From sequence record SRR16203515_1153: a stretch of DNA of 44,669 nt. One strand, written 5' to 3'. A model generated the notes under the pieces. The model was given only the letters and a program-made list of their open reading frames with translations. It made no database searches and had not been told where the DNA came from. Positions 1-9,053 of this stretch are shown one piece after another. The position numbers were made by a program, and so were the translations under genes. Every line of letters begins with the position of its first letter. Position 1 is the first letter of the stretch.

Positions 1-291
1 GGCGGCTGGGATACGAGTAGCGTGACGGATATGGGTGGCATGTTCTATGGCGCCCGGAACTTCAATAAGGACATCGGCAGTTGGAATACCGCCAGCGTAA
101 CGGATATGCGTTCCATGTTCAAAAGCGCCCTTGCCTTCAATCAAGATCTCAGCAACTGGACTGCAAATCCGACAGGGGGGTGTAGTCTCTTCGCATCGGG
201 CGCCACCGCCTGGCTTGCAGCTTACAGTAATGACGTTGGAACAACTCCCCCATTGGGTACCAATATGGTGACCGCGGGCTGTGGTGATTAA
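1..291 (+). CDS. BspA-like/DUF285 repeat surface protein, C-terminal fragment (5' truncated by window edge)
   Basis: Frame 1 is open from base 1 and carries ~25-aa repeats: [25 protein letters not shown] / [29 protein letters not shown] at 289-291. Confidence 0.85.
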   Translation, partial: GGWDTSSVTDMGGMFYGARNFNKDIGSWNTASVTDMRSMFKSALAFNQDLSNWTANPTGGCSLFASGATAWLAAYSNDVGTTPPLGTNMVTAGCGD

Positions 292-388
292 AGGTTAGAT
301 AAGCAGCCGCAGGCAGGTTCTCGGATATGCCTGACGATCTCTTCGAGAAGCTCGATCAGATGCGTCACACCAAAGGTGAAGCTGCGTA

Positions 389-454
389 AAAGTTGTGACC
401 AAAGTTGTGACCAAAATAGAACAACCCCAAGCAGCTCCAAGCAGTCCCAAGCAG
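389..454. repeat. Short direct repeats, candidate integrase arm-type or accessory-factor sites
   Basis: AAAGTTGTGACC twice in tandem (389-412) and CCAAGCAG three times at 10-bp period (427, 437, 447), 55-120 bp before a tRNA-Gly remnant. The repeats are seen directly; the function is inferred. Confidence 0.6.
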
Positions 455-508
455 TTGCAACTCCTAGACAGTCTAACAAAACACTGTAATAATAGACTCC
501 GGCAGGAA

Positions 509-554
509 CTTGCCAAGGTTAAGGTCGCGAGCTCGAAACTCGTTTCCTACTCCA
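509..554 (+). pseudogene. Degenerate 3' half of tRNA-Gly(GCC), att-like remnant 1
   Basis: CTTGCCAAGGTTAAGGTCGCGAGCTCGAAACTCGTTTCCTACTCCA matches the last 46 nt of E. coli-type tRNA-Gly(GCC) (recalled) at about 38/46. No D arm or 5' acceptor strand upstream. Confidence 0.8.
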
Positions 555-656
555 AAAGATCTGCTTCATGAGTTCGATCTTCCGATTCATGAACGCGCGG
601 GGTTCGCAAGTTGTTCTGACGAGGTTATGTATTCCTTCCTAGCTGAGGCAAGATTA

Positions 657-1478
657 ATGAGTTATTTTAGGCATTGGGTTCTGGGGGTGTCGGTCTGTTT
701 CGTGGCCAATGGGCTTAGCTCGGCAAGTGAGATCGACGTCACGGCACCGGTACCAGAAATTGGACATGGTCTTGTTCAAGGCTATCTCGTTGATCAGAAG
801 CCCATAAATAGTGTTGTATTCGTCCCATCCCCCCCTGAAGCCGGTTCTCAGTGGCAAGCCGCAGATGACGCAATCTCTCAGGACATGATGAAGCTGAGCG
901 GTTCTGCTCGCTGGGATTTAGCGGCACAAGATGCCGTTCTCACCTTCCCCGAAGCGGCTGGAATATTTCAATGCTCTCTCCGGATGAAGATTACGGAAGA
1001 GGGTACCCCCGCGCTTTATCGCCTGTTGCAGAGGTCACTGACGGACTTTGGCCTGGCGACCTATCCGGCCAAAAAAGCCTACGAGAGACCTCGACCTTTT
1101 TTGATCAATGGTGAAAATATTTGTACGCCGGGTGAGCTGGAGTTGTTAAAAACCGACGGGTCCTATCCGAGCGGGCATAGCGCGATAGGATGGGGGTGGG
1201 CCCTTGTTTTATCCCAACTCGCTCCCGAACGTGCGGAACAAATTCTTGCCCGGGGACGCGCCTATGCCCAAAGCCGAATTATCTGTAATGTGCATTGGAG
1301 GAGCGACACGGAAGCCGGAATGTCGGTTGGCTCGGCCGCGTTTGCCCGATTGCAAAATAATGCACTTTTTCAGGCAACGATGTCGGTAGCGCGTGACGAA
1401 ATTAGCCAAAAACTAGGCGGCGATATCGACAAGAAAGTCTGTGACGCGGAGAATGCTATTCTCGCTTCAGGTAATTGA
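657..1478 (+). CDS. Class A non-specific acid phosphatase (PAP2 superfamily, PhoC/PhoN-like), exported
   Basis: Motifs KKAYERPRP, SYPSGH and SRIICNVHWRSD. Signal-like N-terminus from ATG 657 with GAGG upstream. Confidence 0.9.
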   Translation: MSYFRHWVLGVSVCFVANGLSSASEIDVTAPVPEIGHGLVQGYLVDQKPINSVVFVPSPPEAGSQWQAADDAISQDMMKLSGSARWDLAAQDAVLTFPEAAGIFQCSLRMKITEEGTPALYRLLQRSLTDFGLATYPAKKAYERPRPFLINGENICTPGELELLKTDGSYPSGHSAIGWGWALVLSQLAPERAEQILARGRAYAQSRIICNVHWRSDTEAGMSVGSAAFARLQNNALFQATMSVARDEISQKLGGDIDKKVCDAENAILASGN

Positions 1479-1631
1479 TGGCTATTTAAATGAACTGGAA
1501 GCCGGCGATTTCCCCGGCCGTTTTGCGAGCAAATTTGCAGGGCCGTTCGAACGATAACGCCCGGCACCAACGCTAAGCCGTGAAGCTTCTATCCAGTCTC
1601 AAAAACACTCAAATTGTAAGCTCTGGAGAAT

Positions 1632-1677
1632 CTTTCCAAGGCTGCATTCGCGAGTTCGAATCTCGTTTCCTGCTTCA
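1632..1677 (+). pseudogene. Degenerate 3' half of tRNA-Gly, att-like remnant 2
   Basis: CTTTCCAAGGCTGCATTCGCGAGTTCGAATCTCGTTTCCTGCTTCA has an intact T arm and matches the tRNA-Gly 3' end at about 37/46. It is followed by IHF-like ATTCAATGACTTA (1681-1693). Confidence 0.75.
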
Positions 1678-1758
1678 TAAATTCAATGACTTACGTCTGT
1701 TTCAGAGCCTATTTGGAATCTATTGAATCTATGGATAGAATGATTCGAGGAGATTCCT

Positions 1759-2319
1759 ATGGATTTTAGCTTCGGTAGCGTCATTCTTATCTTACTGATT
1801 GCAGGGTTCGCCTGGCTGATCTGGGCATATAACGGGTTTATTCGCCGCAAGAATGCAGTGCGAGAGGCCTGGAGTGGAATTGATGTCCAGCTTAAGCGCC
1901 GCCATAACCTCATCCCCAATCTCGTGGAGACCGTAAAGGGTTACGCGGGACATGAGCAGCAAACACTCGACTCGTTGACCGAGTTACGTGCCGGGGTGAG
2001 TGACCGAAACGATGTAGCGAAAGTGGCTTCTCATGAGAATATGTTGAGCCGGGCGCTTGGCAGTATTTTTGCAGTATCAGAGAACTACCCCGATCTCAAA
2101 GCCAATTCCACATTTCTCGAGCTACAGCAACAGCTCGCTGAAACAGAGGAGCAAGTGCAACTTGCTCGCCGCTACTATAACGGCGCCGTGCGGGATTGGA
2201 ATATTATGGTGGAGTCATTTCCGAGCAACTTAATCGCGCTAGGATTCAGATTCCAGATCGCTGAGTTCTTTGAAATTGATCTCGCAACAGAACGAGCGGT
2301 GCCCCAGGTTAATTTCTAA
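1759..2319 (+). CDS. lemA: LemA family protein
   Basis: N-terminal TM helix, then AWSGIDVQLKRRHNLIPNLVETVKGYA, ENYPDLKAN and ARRYYNGAV. GAGGAG RBS. Confidence 0.95.
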   Translation: MDFSFGSVILILLIAGFAWLIWAYNGFIRRKNAVREAWSGIDVQLKRRHNLIPNLVETVKGYAGHEQQTLDSLTELRAGVSDRNDVAKVASHENMLSRALGSIFAVSENYPDLKANSTFLELQQQLAETEEQVQLARRYYNGAVRDWNIMVESFPSNLIALGFRFQIAEFFEIDLATERAVPQVNF

Positions 2320-4202
2320 TGCCTGACGGCTTTCGTCGACTCTTAACGGGCACGCTTCTTTCGGTATTTTTCTTGTCGTCACCGTGTATTGGTGAAGAGA
2401 AAATCCAGCAATTTTCCAGTTTGATCGAGATCCATACCGATGGCGGGCTCACTATTACTGAGAAAATAACTGTCCTGGCTGAAGGGGACAAAATCCGCCG
2501 GGGCATATATCGGGATTTCCCGACTCGATACAAGGACCGCTCGGGAAAAGCGAAAACAGTAGGGTTTCAATTTCTCGACGTTAAGCGGGACGGAAAGCGT
2601 GAGCCTTTTCGCCTCGAAAATATTAGCAACGGCGTTCGGGTGTACATCGGTCGAGGTGATCACTTCTTGCCGCATGGGCAGTATTCCTATGAACTGATCT
2701 ATCAAACGGACCGACAGTTGGGTTTCTTTGAGCGCCACGATGAGCTGTACTGGAATGTGACCGGTAATGATTGGGCCTTTACCATTGAGCAAGCTGACGC
2801 GGTCGTACAACTTCCCGCGGGTGTTAGTGCACATGACGCTGAATTAACGGCTTATACGGGGGCGAGGGGCGAAACCGGTCGAGACTACCGACTGGACGCT
2901 TTAGCTGATGGTCAGGTCCGATTTGAGATCACTCGTCCGCTTCCGCCGGGATCAGGGTTCACCATCGTGGCGGGGTGGCCAAAAGGGTTTGTAGTCGAGC
3001 CCACAACGCCTCAACGCCTGAGGTATTTCTTTCAAGATAACCTCGCCGTGGTGGTTGGATTCGCCGGTTTCTTTTTAGTCTTTTTTTATTTCATTTACGC
3101 CTGGAGCCGCGTTGGCCGGGATCCCGCGCGGGGCACTATCTTTCCTCGGTTTGAGCCGCCGAATGATTTATCCCCAGCCGCTGTGCGATACATCATGCGA
3201 ATGGGGTTCGATAACCGTGTTTTCTCTACCGCATTAATTAGCATGGCGGTGAAGGGCCGTATCCGTATCGAGGAATCTGAGAGCAAAAAGACCATTATTC
3301 ACAAAAACGGGGTTCAGGATGAAACGCCGTTATCTTTCGGAGAGCAAGTAATCTTTAAGAAGCTATTAGCGAATCAGGAAAGCTTTGAGTTAGATAAGTC
3401 TCACCATAAAAAAATTCGCAGCACCCGGGATGCATTCAAAATGCGTCTCGAGGGTGAGTACCATCGTCATTTTTTCTTCAACAACCGTCGATGGCTGATT
3501 CCGGGTATCGTAATATCAATCTTGACGATTATTGCAGTCGTCATGACCAATTCCGAACCGCAAACAATCCTCGGGATGGGTATTCCGGTATTAGTGATGT
3601 TCGTCTTCCTGTTTGCCGCTCGCTCGATCTGGCAGCAGGGTCGTTGGTTTCACGCGATTATCTTCGGCGTAATTGCGATAGTGAGTGGACTCTCCAACAT
3701 TGCCTTCGCACTTTTGAGTAGTAACTTGATCGTCGTTTTAATTTTAGTTCTGCTGGTCGGGGTCAATTTCCTGTTCTACGCATTAATGAAGGCTCCTACC
3801 CGGGCGGGTCAAAAGATTATTGACGAGATAGAAGGTTTCAAAAAATATCTTGTTACCGCGGAAAAAAATCGACTCAACACGTTAGGCTCGATCGATCAGC
3901 GACTGCTTTTATTCGAGAAATACCTGCCCTACGCGCTCGCATTGGATGTCGACCAGGAGTGGTCAGAAAAATTCAGTGACGCCCTGGATGAAGCCACCAC
4001 GCGTTCGGATAATCATTATCGACCGAGCTGGTATCACGGCCGATCGTGGAACACTCGAGATCCAGTGGGTTTCGCAAAATCACTCAATCGTTCGCTGTCT
4101 CGCACGATCGTCTCCGCGGGGACTGCACCGGGTTCGTCATCAGGCTTTAGTGGCGGGTCATCCGGTGGCGGTGGCGGTGGCGGGGGTGGCGGGGGATGGT
4201 GA
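2319..4202 (+). CDS. DUF2207 family membrane protein
   Basis: RGIYRDFP, DELYWNVTGNDW, multiple TM helices, FEKYLPYALAL and a Gly-rich GGSSGGGGGGGGGGGW end. Overlaps the lemA stop (TAATG). Confidence 0.9.
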   Translation: MPDGFRRLLTGTLLSVFFLSSPCIGEEKIQQFSSLIEIHTDGGLTITEKITVLAEGDKIRRGIYRDFPTRYKDRSGKAKTVGFQFLDVKRDGKREPFRLENISNGVRVYIGRGDHFLPHGQYSYELIYQTDRQLGFFERHDELYWNVTGNDWAFTIEQADAVVQLPAGVSAHDAELTAYTGARGETGRDYRLDALADGQVRFEITRPLPPGSGFTIVAGWPKGFVVEPTTPQRLRYFFQDNLAVVVGFAGFFLVFFYFIYAWSRVGRDPARGTIFPRFEPPNDLSPAAVRYIMRMGFDNRVFSTALISMAVKGRIRIEESESKKTIIHKNGVQDETPLSFGEQVIFKKLLANQESFELDKSHHKKIRSTRDAFKMRLEGEYHRHFFFNNRRWLIPGIVISILTIIAVVMTNSEPQTILGMGIPVLVMFVFLFAARSIWQQGRWFHAIIFGVIAIVSGLSNIAFALLSSNLIVVLILVLLVGVNFLFYALMKAPTRAGQKIIDEIEGFKKYLVTAEKNRLNTLGSIDQRLLLFEKYLPYALALDVDQEWSEKFSDALDEATTRSDNHYRPSWYHGRSWNTRDPVGFAKSLNRSLSRTIVSAGTAPGSSSGFSGGSSGGGGGGGGGGGW

Positions 4203-4609
4203 TCCTCAAGAAGTGAAGATCGGCGACATCAGTCGATCACATAAGAAGCAGAGTCAACGCCCGCCTTAAACTTGCGGGCAGCAGACGAGTACGATTTGAT
4301 CTCTTTGCTATCAGGTTTACGTGTTTAATACTGAACAAAACGCGGCGTGTCCGAGTTCGTTCGTTCGTAGGCCTAAAAGACTAATCGGTGTTTTTAAGCG
4401 CTTTTAGAACAGCCGCGTTCTCACGAATACGTTTTTGATCGTTCGCCGCATTCGATCGATTGACCGGACGCTCCTTGTTCATTACCTTTCCCTTTTTTAC
4501 TCGCTTTCCCATAAGTCACCTGTGTGCTGACAATAAAAACCAGATGTGGAGTCTAACGAGTTGAGTGCTGAAGGCAAGTCAATCGATTAAATCCGGGCTT
4601 AATACGCGC

Positions 4610-5752
4610 TTAAAGCGTCCGCCGTAGGGCATCGATAACCGTATCAAGCTGTTTTTCTTCGATCGTGAGAGGGGGCAGCAGTCGAATAACCGTCGGGCCT
4701 GCTGGCAGCGCAATAATTCCAGTGTCCAGTAGCGTCTGCAGGAATGGCGTTGCTTTTTGTTTGAGCTCGATACCGATCATTAAACCAATTTGTCTGAGCT
4801 CCCTAACGGAATCCGGCAGTTTTTGGGTAAAACCCTCTTTAAAATAATCCCCGAGGTGAGATGCGCGATCTGCGAGCTTGTGCTGAACCATAAAATCAAT
4901 AGCGGCAGAACCTGCTGCGCATGCCAGAGGATTACCCCCAAATGTTGACCCGTGGACTCCCGGTCGAACGCTCACAGTCTCCGCGCACAGGACCGCGCCC
5001 ATTGGAACGCCGCCAGCAATGCCTTTTGCGAGGCACAATAAATCTGGCTCAACATCGTAGTGTTCGCAGGCGAAAAACCCACCGGTTCGACAAAAACCAG
5101 TTTGAACTTCATCGATTATGAGCAGGGCGCCTCGGTCGGTACAGATTCGACGAGCAGCGTCCAGGAAATCCCGGCTCGCGGGGCGTACGCCGCCCTCACC
5201 TTGAACAATTTCCAGCATCACTGCGGCTGTTGTTTCATCGACGGCCGCATCGAGTTTCTCGATGTTATTGAGCGGAATGAAAGATGCACCGGGAATTAAC
5301 GGTTCAAACTCGTCTCGATACTTGAACGTCGCACTCAAGGCGCCAAGGGTTCTACCATGAAATCCTCGCATCGCCGTAATCAGTCCGGACCGACCGGTGG
5401 TTGCACGCGCAAATTTAATCGCGGCCTCGACACTCTCGGTTCCGGAGTTACAAAGAAAGACGCGTTCCAGAGACTTGGGCGAAAGACGCACAAGCCTTTG
5501 CATAAGTTCCCCTCGTCGGTCGTTATGGAAAATACCGGGGCAGGTGAGCAGTGTTTCGGCTTGATCGGTGAGCGCTTTAATTACGGCAGGATTGCTGTGT
5601 CCGATATTGGCGACGCCAACACCCGCTGCGCAATCTATATAGGTTTTGCCATCGTCCGAGAAAAGCGATGCGCCTTCTCCACGAATGATATTAATGCCTC
5701 GCCGCGGATAGACTTCAAGCGCATAGCGGGATTCTAAAGACGGTTCGGTCAC
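4610..5752 (-). CDS. lysJ: [LysW]-aminoadipate semialdehyde transaminase (class III PLP aminotransferase, LysJ/ArgD family)
   Basis: NSGTESVEAAIK, FHGRT, DEVQTG, LAKGIAGG and HGSTFGGNPL. Last gene of the lysW operon; its GTG start overlaps the lysZ stop. Confidence 0.85.
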   Translation of the reverse strand: MTEPSLESRYALEVYPRRGINIIRGEGASLFSDDGKTYIDCAAGVGVANIGHSNPAVIKALTDQAETLLTCPGIFHNDRRGELMQRLVRLSPKSLERVFLCNSGTESVEAAIKFARATTGRSGLITAMRGFHGRTLGALSATFKYRDEFEPLIPGASFIPLNNIEKLDAAVDETTAAVMLEIVQGEGGVRPASRDFLDAARRICTDRGALLIIDEVQTGFCRTGGFFACEHYDVEPDLLCLAKGIAGGVPMGAVLCAETVSVRPGVHGSTFGGNPLACAAGSAAIDFMVQHKLADRASHLGDYFKEGFTQKLPDSVRELRQIGLMIGIELKQKATPFLQTLLDTGIIALPAGPTVIRLLPPLTIEEKQLDTVIDALRRTL

Positions 5753-6540
5753 TTGATTGTGGTCCCTTTTCCAGCTAACGCATCGAAGATAGGGTTTTCT
5801 GTTCGGCCATCGGCAATCACGACCTCTGCAGCGCCATCTTTAAGCAAACGGGTGAGGGCTAATAGCTTGCGTTTCATTCGGCCTTCAGCAGCCATCTCTC
5901 GACTGGCAAGATCGGAAACGGAAAGTGTGGGGCATAACGAGTTTTCATCGTCTTTATTGTCGAGGAAGCCCGGCGCTTCGATTAACTGGATTACTTTTTG
6001 TGCCCCTAGCGCTTTTTGCAAAACTGCGACAATATCGTCGTTTTCAGAGTTAATCGCGTAGCCTTGCTCATCAACAATTGGAATGCTGAGCACAGGCCGA
6101 TACCCTTGGCCGAGAAGCAACGTAAGCAGGTCTGCGTTCACCGATTCCGGCTTACCCGAAAAATCACGCTTGATGAGTGTTTTGCCGCCTTCTCTAACCT
6201 TGATGCCTTTATTGCGTTTGCCTTGTACCAAACGAGCATCAAGTCCGGTGAGGCCGATTGCGTTGATGCTGTTCTGCTGGCACAGCTCGACAAACCGTTT
6301 ATTCCGCAGTCCGCTGTATGCCATCATAATTAGATCAATCGCTTCTGCATCGGAATAAACGCTGCTGTAGCCAGAGACCGAAGTTAATTCGATCTTCTGA
6401 TGACCGGTTAATGCTGCGAGGCGGTCGCGCGCGGCATTCGCCCCGAGAACGACGATAAAAGGCTCCTTGATTGCGGCCAGATCAGCGACGACACCGTCGA
6501 GATTTATTCCGCTTCCGCCTCCAACTTTAATGATGTACAT
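5749..6540 (-). CDS. lysZ: [LysW]-aminoadipate/[LysW]-glutamate kinase
   Basis: Amino-acid kinase fold: IIKVGG, SVSGYSSVYSD, GLTGLD, basic loop GKRNKGIKVREGGK, GRMKRKL and GKGT. lysW operon context. Confidence 0.88.
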   Translation of the reverse strand: MYIIKVGGGSGINLDGVVADLAAIKEPFIVVLGANAARDRLAALTGHQKIELTSVSGYSSVYSDAEAIDLIMMAYSGLRNKRFVELCQQNSINAIGLTGLDARLVQGKRNKGIKVREGGKTLIKRDFSGKPESVNADLLTLLLGQGYRPVLSIPIVDEQGYAINSENDDIVAVLQKALGAQKVIQLIEAPGFLDNKDDENSLCPTLSVSDLASREMAAEGRMKRKLLALTRLLKDGAAEVVIADGRTENPIFDALAGKGTTIK

Positions 6541-6549
6541 AGCTGTTGG

Positions 6550-7188
6550 TCATAACTCGGTCACCGTTCGGTTTTCGATAGTTTGCCATTTTGCGTCTGG
6601 CAAGGGATAGGGTTCGGAACATACAATTTCAAATCGGTCGGTGGATGCTCGATGCATTTGAAAATAACCTTGATTTTCATTGTACTGAGTGGACAAAAGT
6701 GATTGCTGGGGTGTTGCGATAATCAGGTTCATTGCCCGTATATAACGGGTTCGTTTTTCAATCACGTCGACTGTTTTTTGGAGCCCGGGAATAGCGCCAA
6801 GATGCGAAAACCGGCTGGAATAGTTAAAAATCTTTTCAGCCCCGATGCGGCCCGATTCCCGAATTCGGACCCCCGTCAACTCCCCATTAAAAATAAACAC
6901 TCGATTTCCGTTGGTGAACGGCATGTTATTTTCAACCCGGATGCCTTCGTCCCGAAACGCACTGCGGGCATGAGCGAGAAAAAGGCTCGTATCGTTGAAC
7001 CGGTCTAGAACGTCCTGCCAGATGGGTGTAATACTGTGATGAAAACGCCATTGATTGTCGTCAAGCCAGGCGCAGCCCCAACCGTGTCCCTGATACTCGC
7101 TACTGTTCTCGCAGATAGCGGCAAATGCTTCAAGGTGCTGTGTCACCTGAACCGGTTTGGGCGCACGAAGCCATAATAGTCGACACAT
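6550..7188 (-). CDS. Class II glutamine amidotransferase-like Ntn hydrolase (YafJ/EgtC/Dug3-like), stand-alone
   Basis: N-terminal MCRLL (Cys2 nucleophile), GHGWG, LAHARSA, ENNMPF, FIFNG and CSEP. Separated by 9 bp from both neighbours. Confidence 0.85.
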   Translation of the reverse strand: MCRLLWLRAPKPVQVTQHLEAFAAICENSSEYQGHGWGCAWLDDNQWRFHHSITPIWQDVLDRFNDTSLFLAHARSAFRDEGIRVENNMPFTNGNRVFIFNGELTGVRIRESGRIGAEKIFNYSSRFSHLGAIPGLQKTVDVIEKRTRYIRAMNLIIATPQQSLLSTQYNENQGYFQMHRASTDRFEIVCSEPYPLPDAKWQTIENRTVTEL

Positions 7189-7197
7189 TTTGAATGG

Positions 7198-8223
7198 CTA
7201 GATAGGGTGAAGACCGGTAAAGGTGAGCCCGGTTGACTCGTTCAATCCATGCATGAGATTAAAACATTGGACGGCTTGGCCTGCCGCGCCTTTCATCAAG
7301 TTATCAATGGCGCTGATCACAACGAGACGGTTGGTGCCAGAATCAATCTCGAACCCGATATCACAAAAATTAGTACCGCTCAAAAGCTTCGGCTCCGGAA
7401 AACGATGAATCCCGCTTCGCTCTTTAACAATGCGAATAAAGGGCTCATTCGCATAGTCCTCCCGATAAATCCCCCAGATCTCTTTTTCCAGGTGGGATTC
7501 ATTCAAAAAGATATGGCAGGTTGCCAAAATACCGCGGACCATCTCGATAGATGTTGCCGAAAAGTACACCGGGAAATCGCCAAGGGATTGGCTGATCTCG
7601 GCAACATGACGATGGCGAGTCGGGCGATAAGAACGAACGGCTCCGCTTCTTTCGGGGTGATGACTACCCTCTGTTGCGGCGTTCCCGGCTTCGCTCGAGC
7701 CGGCCTTCACATCGATGACGACAGAGGAGATCAAGTTACGGTTCGCAAGCGGCGCGAGCGCTAATGTGCTGGCAGTCGCGTTACAGCCCGCGCACGCCAC
7801 ATGAGTCGCATCCTGAATAGCCGCGCGATTAATCTCCGGCACGCCATAAACAAATCGATCGAGAAGACCCGGATTAGGGTGCGGCTGCCCGTACCACTTG
7901 GCATAGGTATCAGGGTCCGATAGCCGAAAATCTGCACTTAAATCAATAATCCTCGATGCCAGCGCAGAGAAGTCGTCAAATCGTTCTGCTGTTTGTCCGT
8001 GGGGTAAGCATAAAAACAAAACATCACACGGCTGGAGCTCCGTTAGATTGCAAAATTTTAGCGAGCTGGCGCCACGAAGATTAGGGTGGGCCTTATGAAC
8101 CGCTTTACCTGCAAATCGCTCCGAGGTGACCTGTTTAACCTCGCACGACTCATGGAAGAGCAGCAGGCGCAAAAGTTCACCGCCTGTATATCCTGAACCG
8201 CCAACAATTGAGACATTTATCAC
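7198..8223 (-). CDS. lysY: [LysW]-aminoadipate-6-phosphate reductase (LysY/ArgC family)
   Basis: [27 protein letters not shown], catalytic AGCNATA, LysY-type [19 protein letters not shown] and [11 protein letters not shown]. Confidence 0.88.
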   Translation of the reverse strand: MINVSIVGGSGYTGGELLRLLLFHESCEVKQVTSERFAGKAVHKAHPNLRGASSLKFCNLTELQPCDVLFLCLPHGQTAERFDDFSALASRIIDLSADFRLSDPDTYAKWYGQPHPNPGLLDRFVYGVPEINRAAIQDATHVACAGCNATASTLALAPLANRNLISSVVIDVKAGSSEAGNAATEGSHHPERSGAVRSYRPTRHRHVAEISQSLGDFPVYFSATSIEMVRGILATCHIFLNESHLEKEIWGIYREDYANEPFIRIVKERSGIHRFPEPKLLSGTNFCDIGFEIDSGTNRLVVISAIDNLMKGAAGQAVQCFNLMHGLNESTGLTFTGLHPI

Positions 8224-9053
8224 GGTCTGGACCCCAAAACATAGTCCACCACCTGCGCCGGAATATTGACTCCGGTGGTTTCGATGCTATTTCGAAACTC
8301 CATGGTGTAATTCACTTCGTTCACGCACAGTCCGTCATTTGTTTCAAAAAGATCCACTGCAAGAACGCCACCCCCAACCGCAGCAGCAGCTGCGAGGGAG
8401 ATTTCAGCGATATGGGCATCAACCTCACACCCGCTCGCGACAGCGCCTCGCGCTGTATTTGTGATCCAGTGCTCGGAGCTTCGATAAATGGCAGCGATAC
8501 ATTGATTTCCCACAACAAAACTTCGAATATCACGGCCCTTTTTTTCCACAAATTTTTGAATATAAAAGATGGAGTGGTGATAACTGCCTAAAACTGATTT
8601 ATGTTCCAGGATCGCCTCAGCTGATTCGCGGTCATTCACTTTCGAGAGTAATCGACCCCACGAACCAACCGCGGGTTTAAGCACGACTGGATAGCCAAGT
8701 TCTTCGATAGCAGCGAGGGCTGATTCCTCAGTAAACGCGACACGAATCGGTGGTTGTTTCACGCCCGCTTTTTTTAGCGCTACCGAGGTGAGTATCTTGT
8801 CGCCACAAATTGAGGCAACTTTAGCGGAGTTCACGCAGTGGACGCCTGCCGTCTCCAGCAGTTGAAGTCCATACAATGATCGGGAATGATTAATACTTCG
8901 CTCTAAAACAACATCAACGTTAGGGATGGGTTCAAGATCAAACACCAGTTTACGGTCGTCAATCATCTGAAGGTTAATCCCGCGAGCTTGGAATTCCTCA
9001 ATCAGAAGTTTTTCTTCTTTTCGGATTAAAGAATGGAGCAATCCGACCTTCAC
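8220..9053 (-). CDS. lysX: Alpha-aminoadipate--LysW ligase (RimK/LysX ATP-grasp)
   Basis: [36 protein letters not shown] and [12 protein letters not shown]. Start reassigned to GTG 9053, which overlaps the lysW TGA (GTGA). Confidence 0.92.
   Translation of the reverse strand: MKVGLLHSLIRKEEKLLIEEFQARGINLQMIDDRKLVFDLEPIPNVDVVLERSINHSRSLYGLQLLETAGVHCVNSAKVASICGDKILTSVALKKAGVKQPPIRVAFTEESALAAIEELGYPVVLKPAVGSWGRLLSKVNDRESAEAILEHKSVLGSYHHSIFYIQKFVEKKGRDIRSFVVGNQCIAAIYRSSEHWITNTARGAVASGCEVDAHIAEISLAAAAAVGGGVLAVDLFETNDGLCVNEVNYTMEFRNSIETTGVNIPAQVVDYVLGSRP

Noticed and set aside
389-454. CRISPR array or iterons
   Set aside because: The units are 8-12 bp with no spacers, and there is no cas or rep gene. 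No CRISPR array was seen anywhere in the window.
510-656. N-terminal extension of the phosphatase ORF
   Set aside because: It runs through the tRNA-Gly remnant; ATG 657 has an RBS and a signal peptide.
657-1478. Vanadium haloperoxidase
   Set aside because: The active-site motifs are shared, but the length (~270 aa) and the GSYPSGH..GW and HWRSD context fit class A acid phosphatases.
1559-1569. CCCGGCACCA resembling the tRNA-Leu 3' end
   Set aside because: Too short, with no matching T arm at the right spacing; probably chance.
509-1677. Functional tRNA-Gly genes
   Set aside because: Both lack the 5' half; one has a damaged T loop and the other a damaged CCA end.
4143-4202. GGN-rich low-complexity repeat
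   Set aside because: It encodes the normal poly-Gly C-terminus of DUF2207 proteins.
4610-8223. Reading the cluster as the ordinary N-acetyl arginine genes argC/argB/argD
   Set aside because: The coupled lysW (EDWGE) and lysX, and the LysY- and LysZ-type basic motifs, point to carrier-protein chemistry. No argA/J/E is present.
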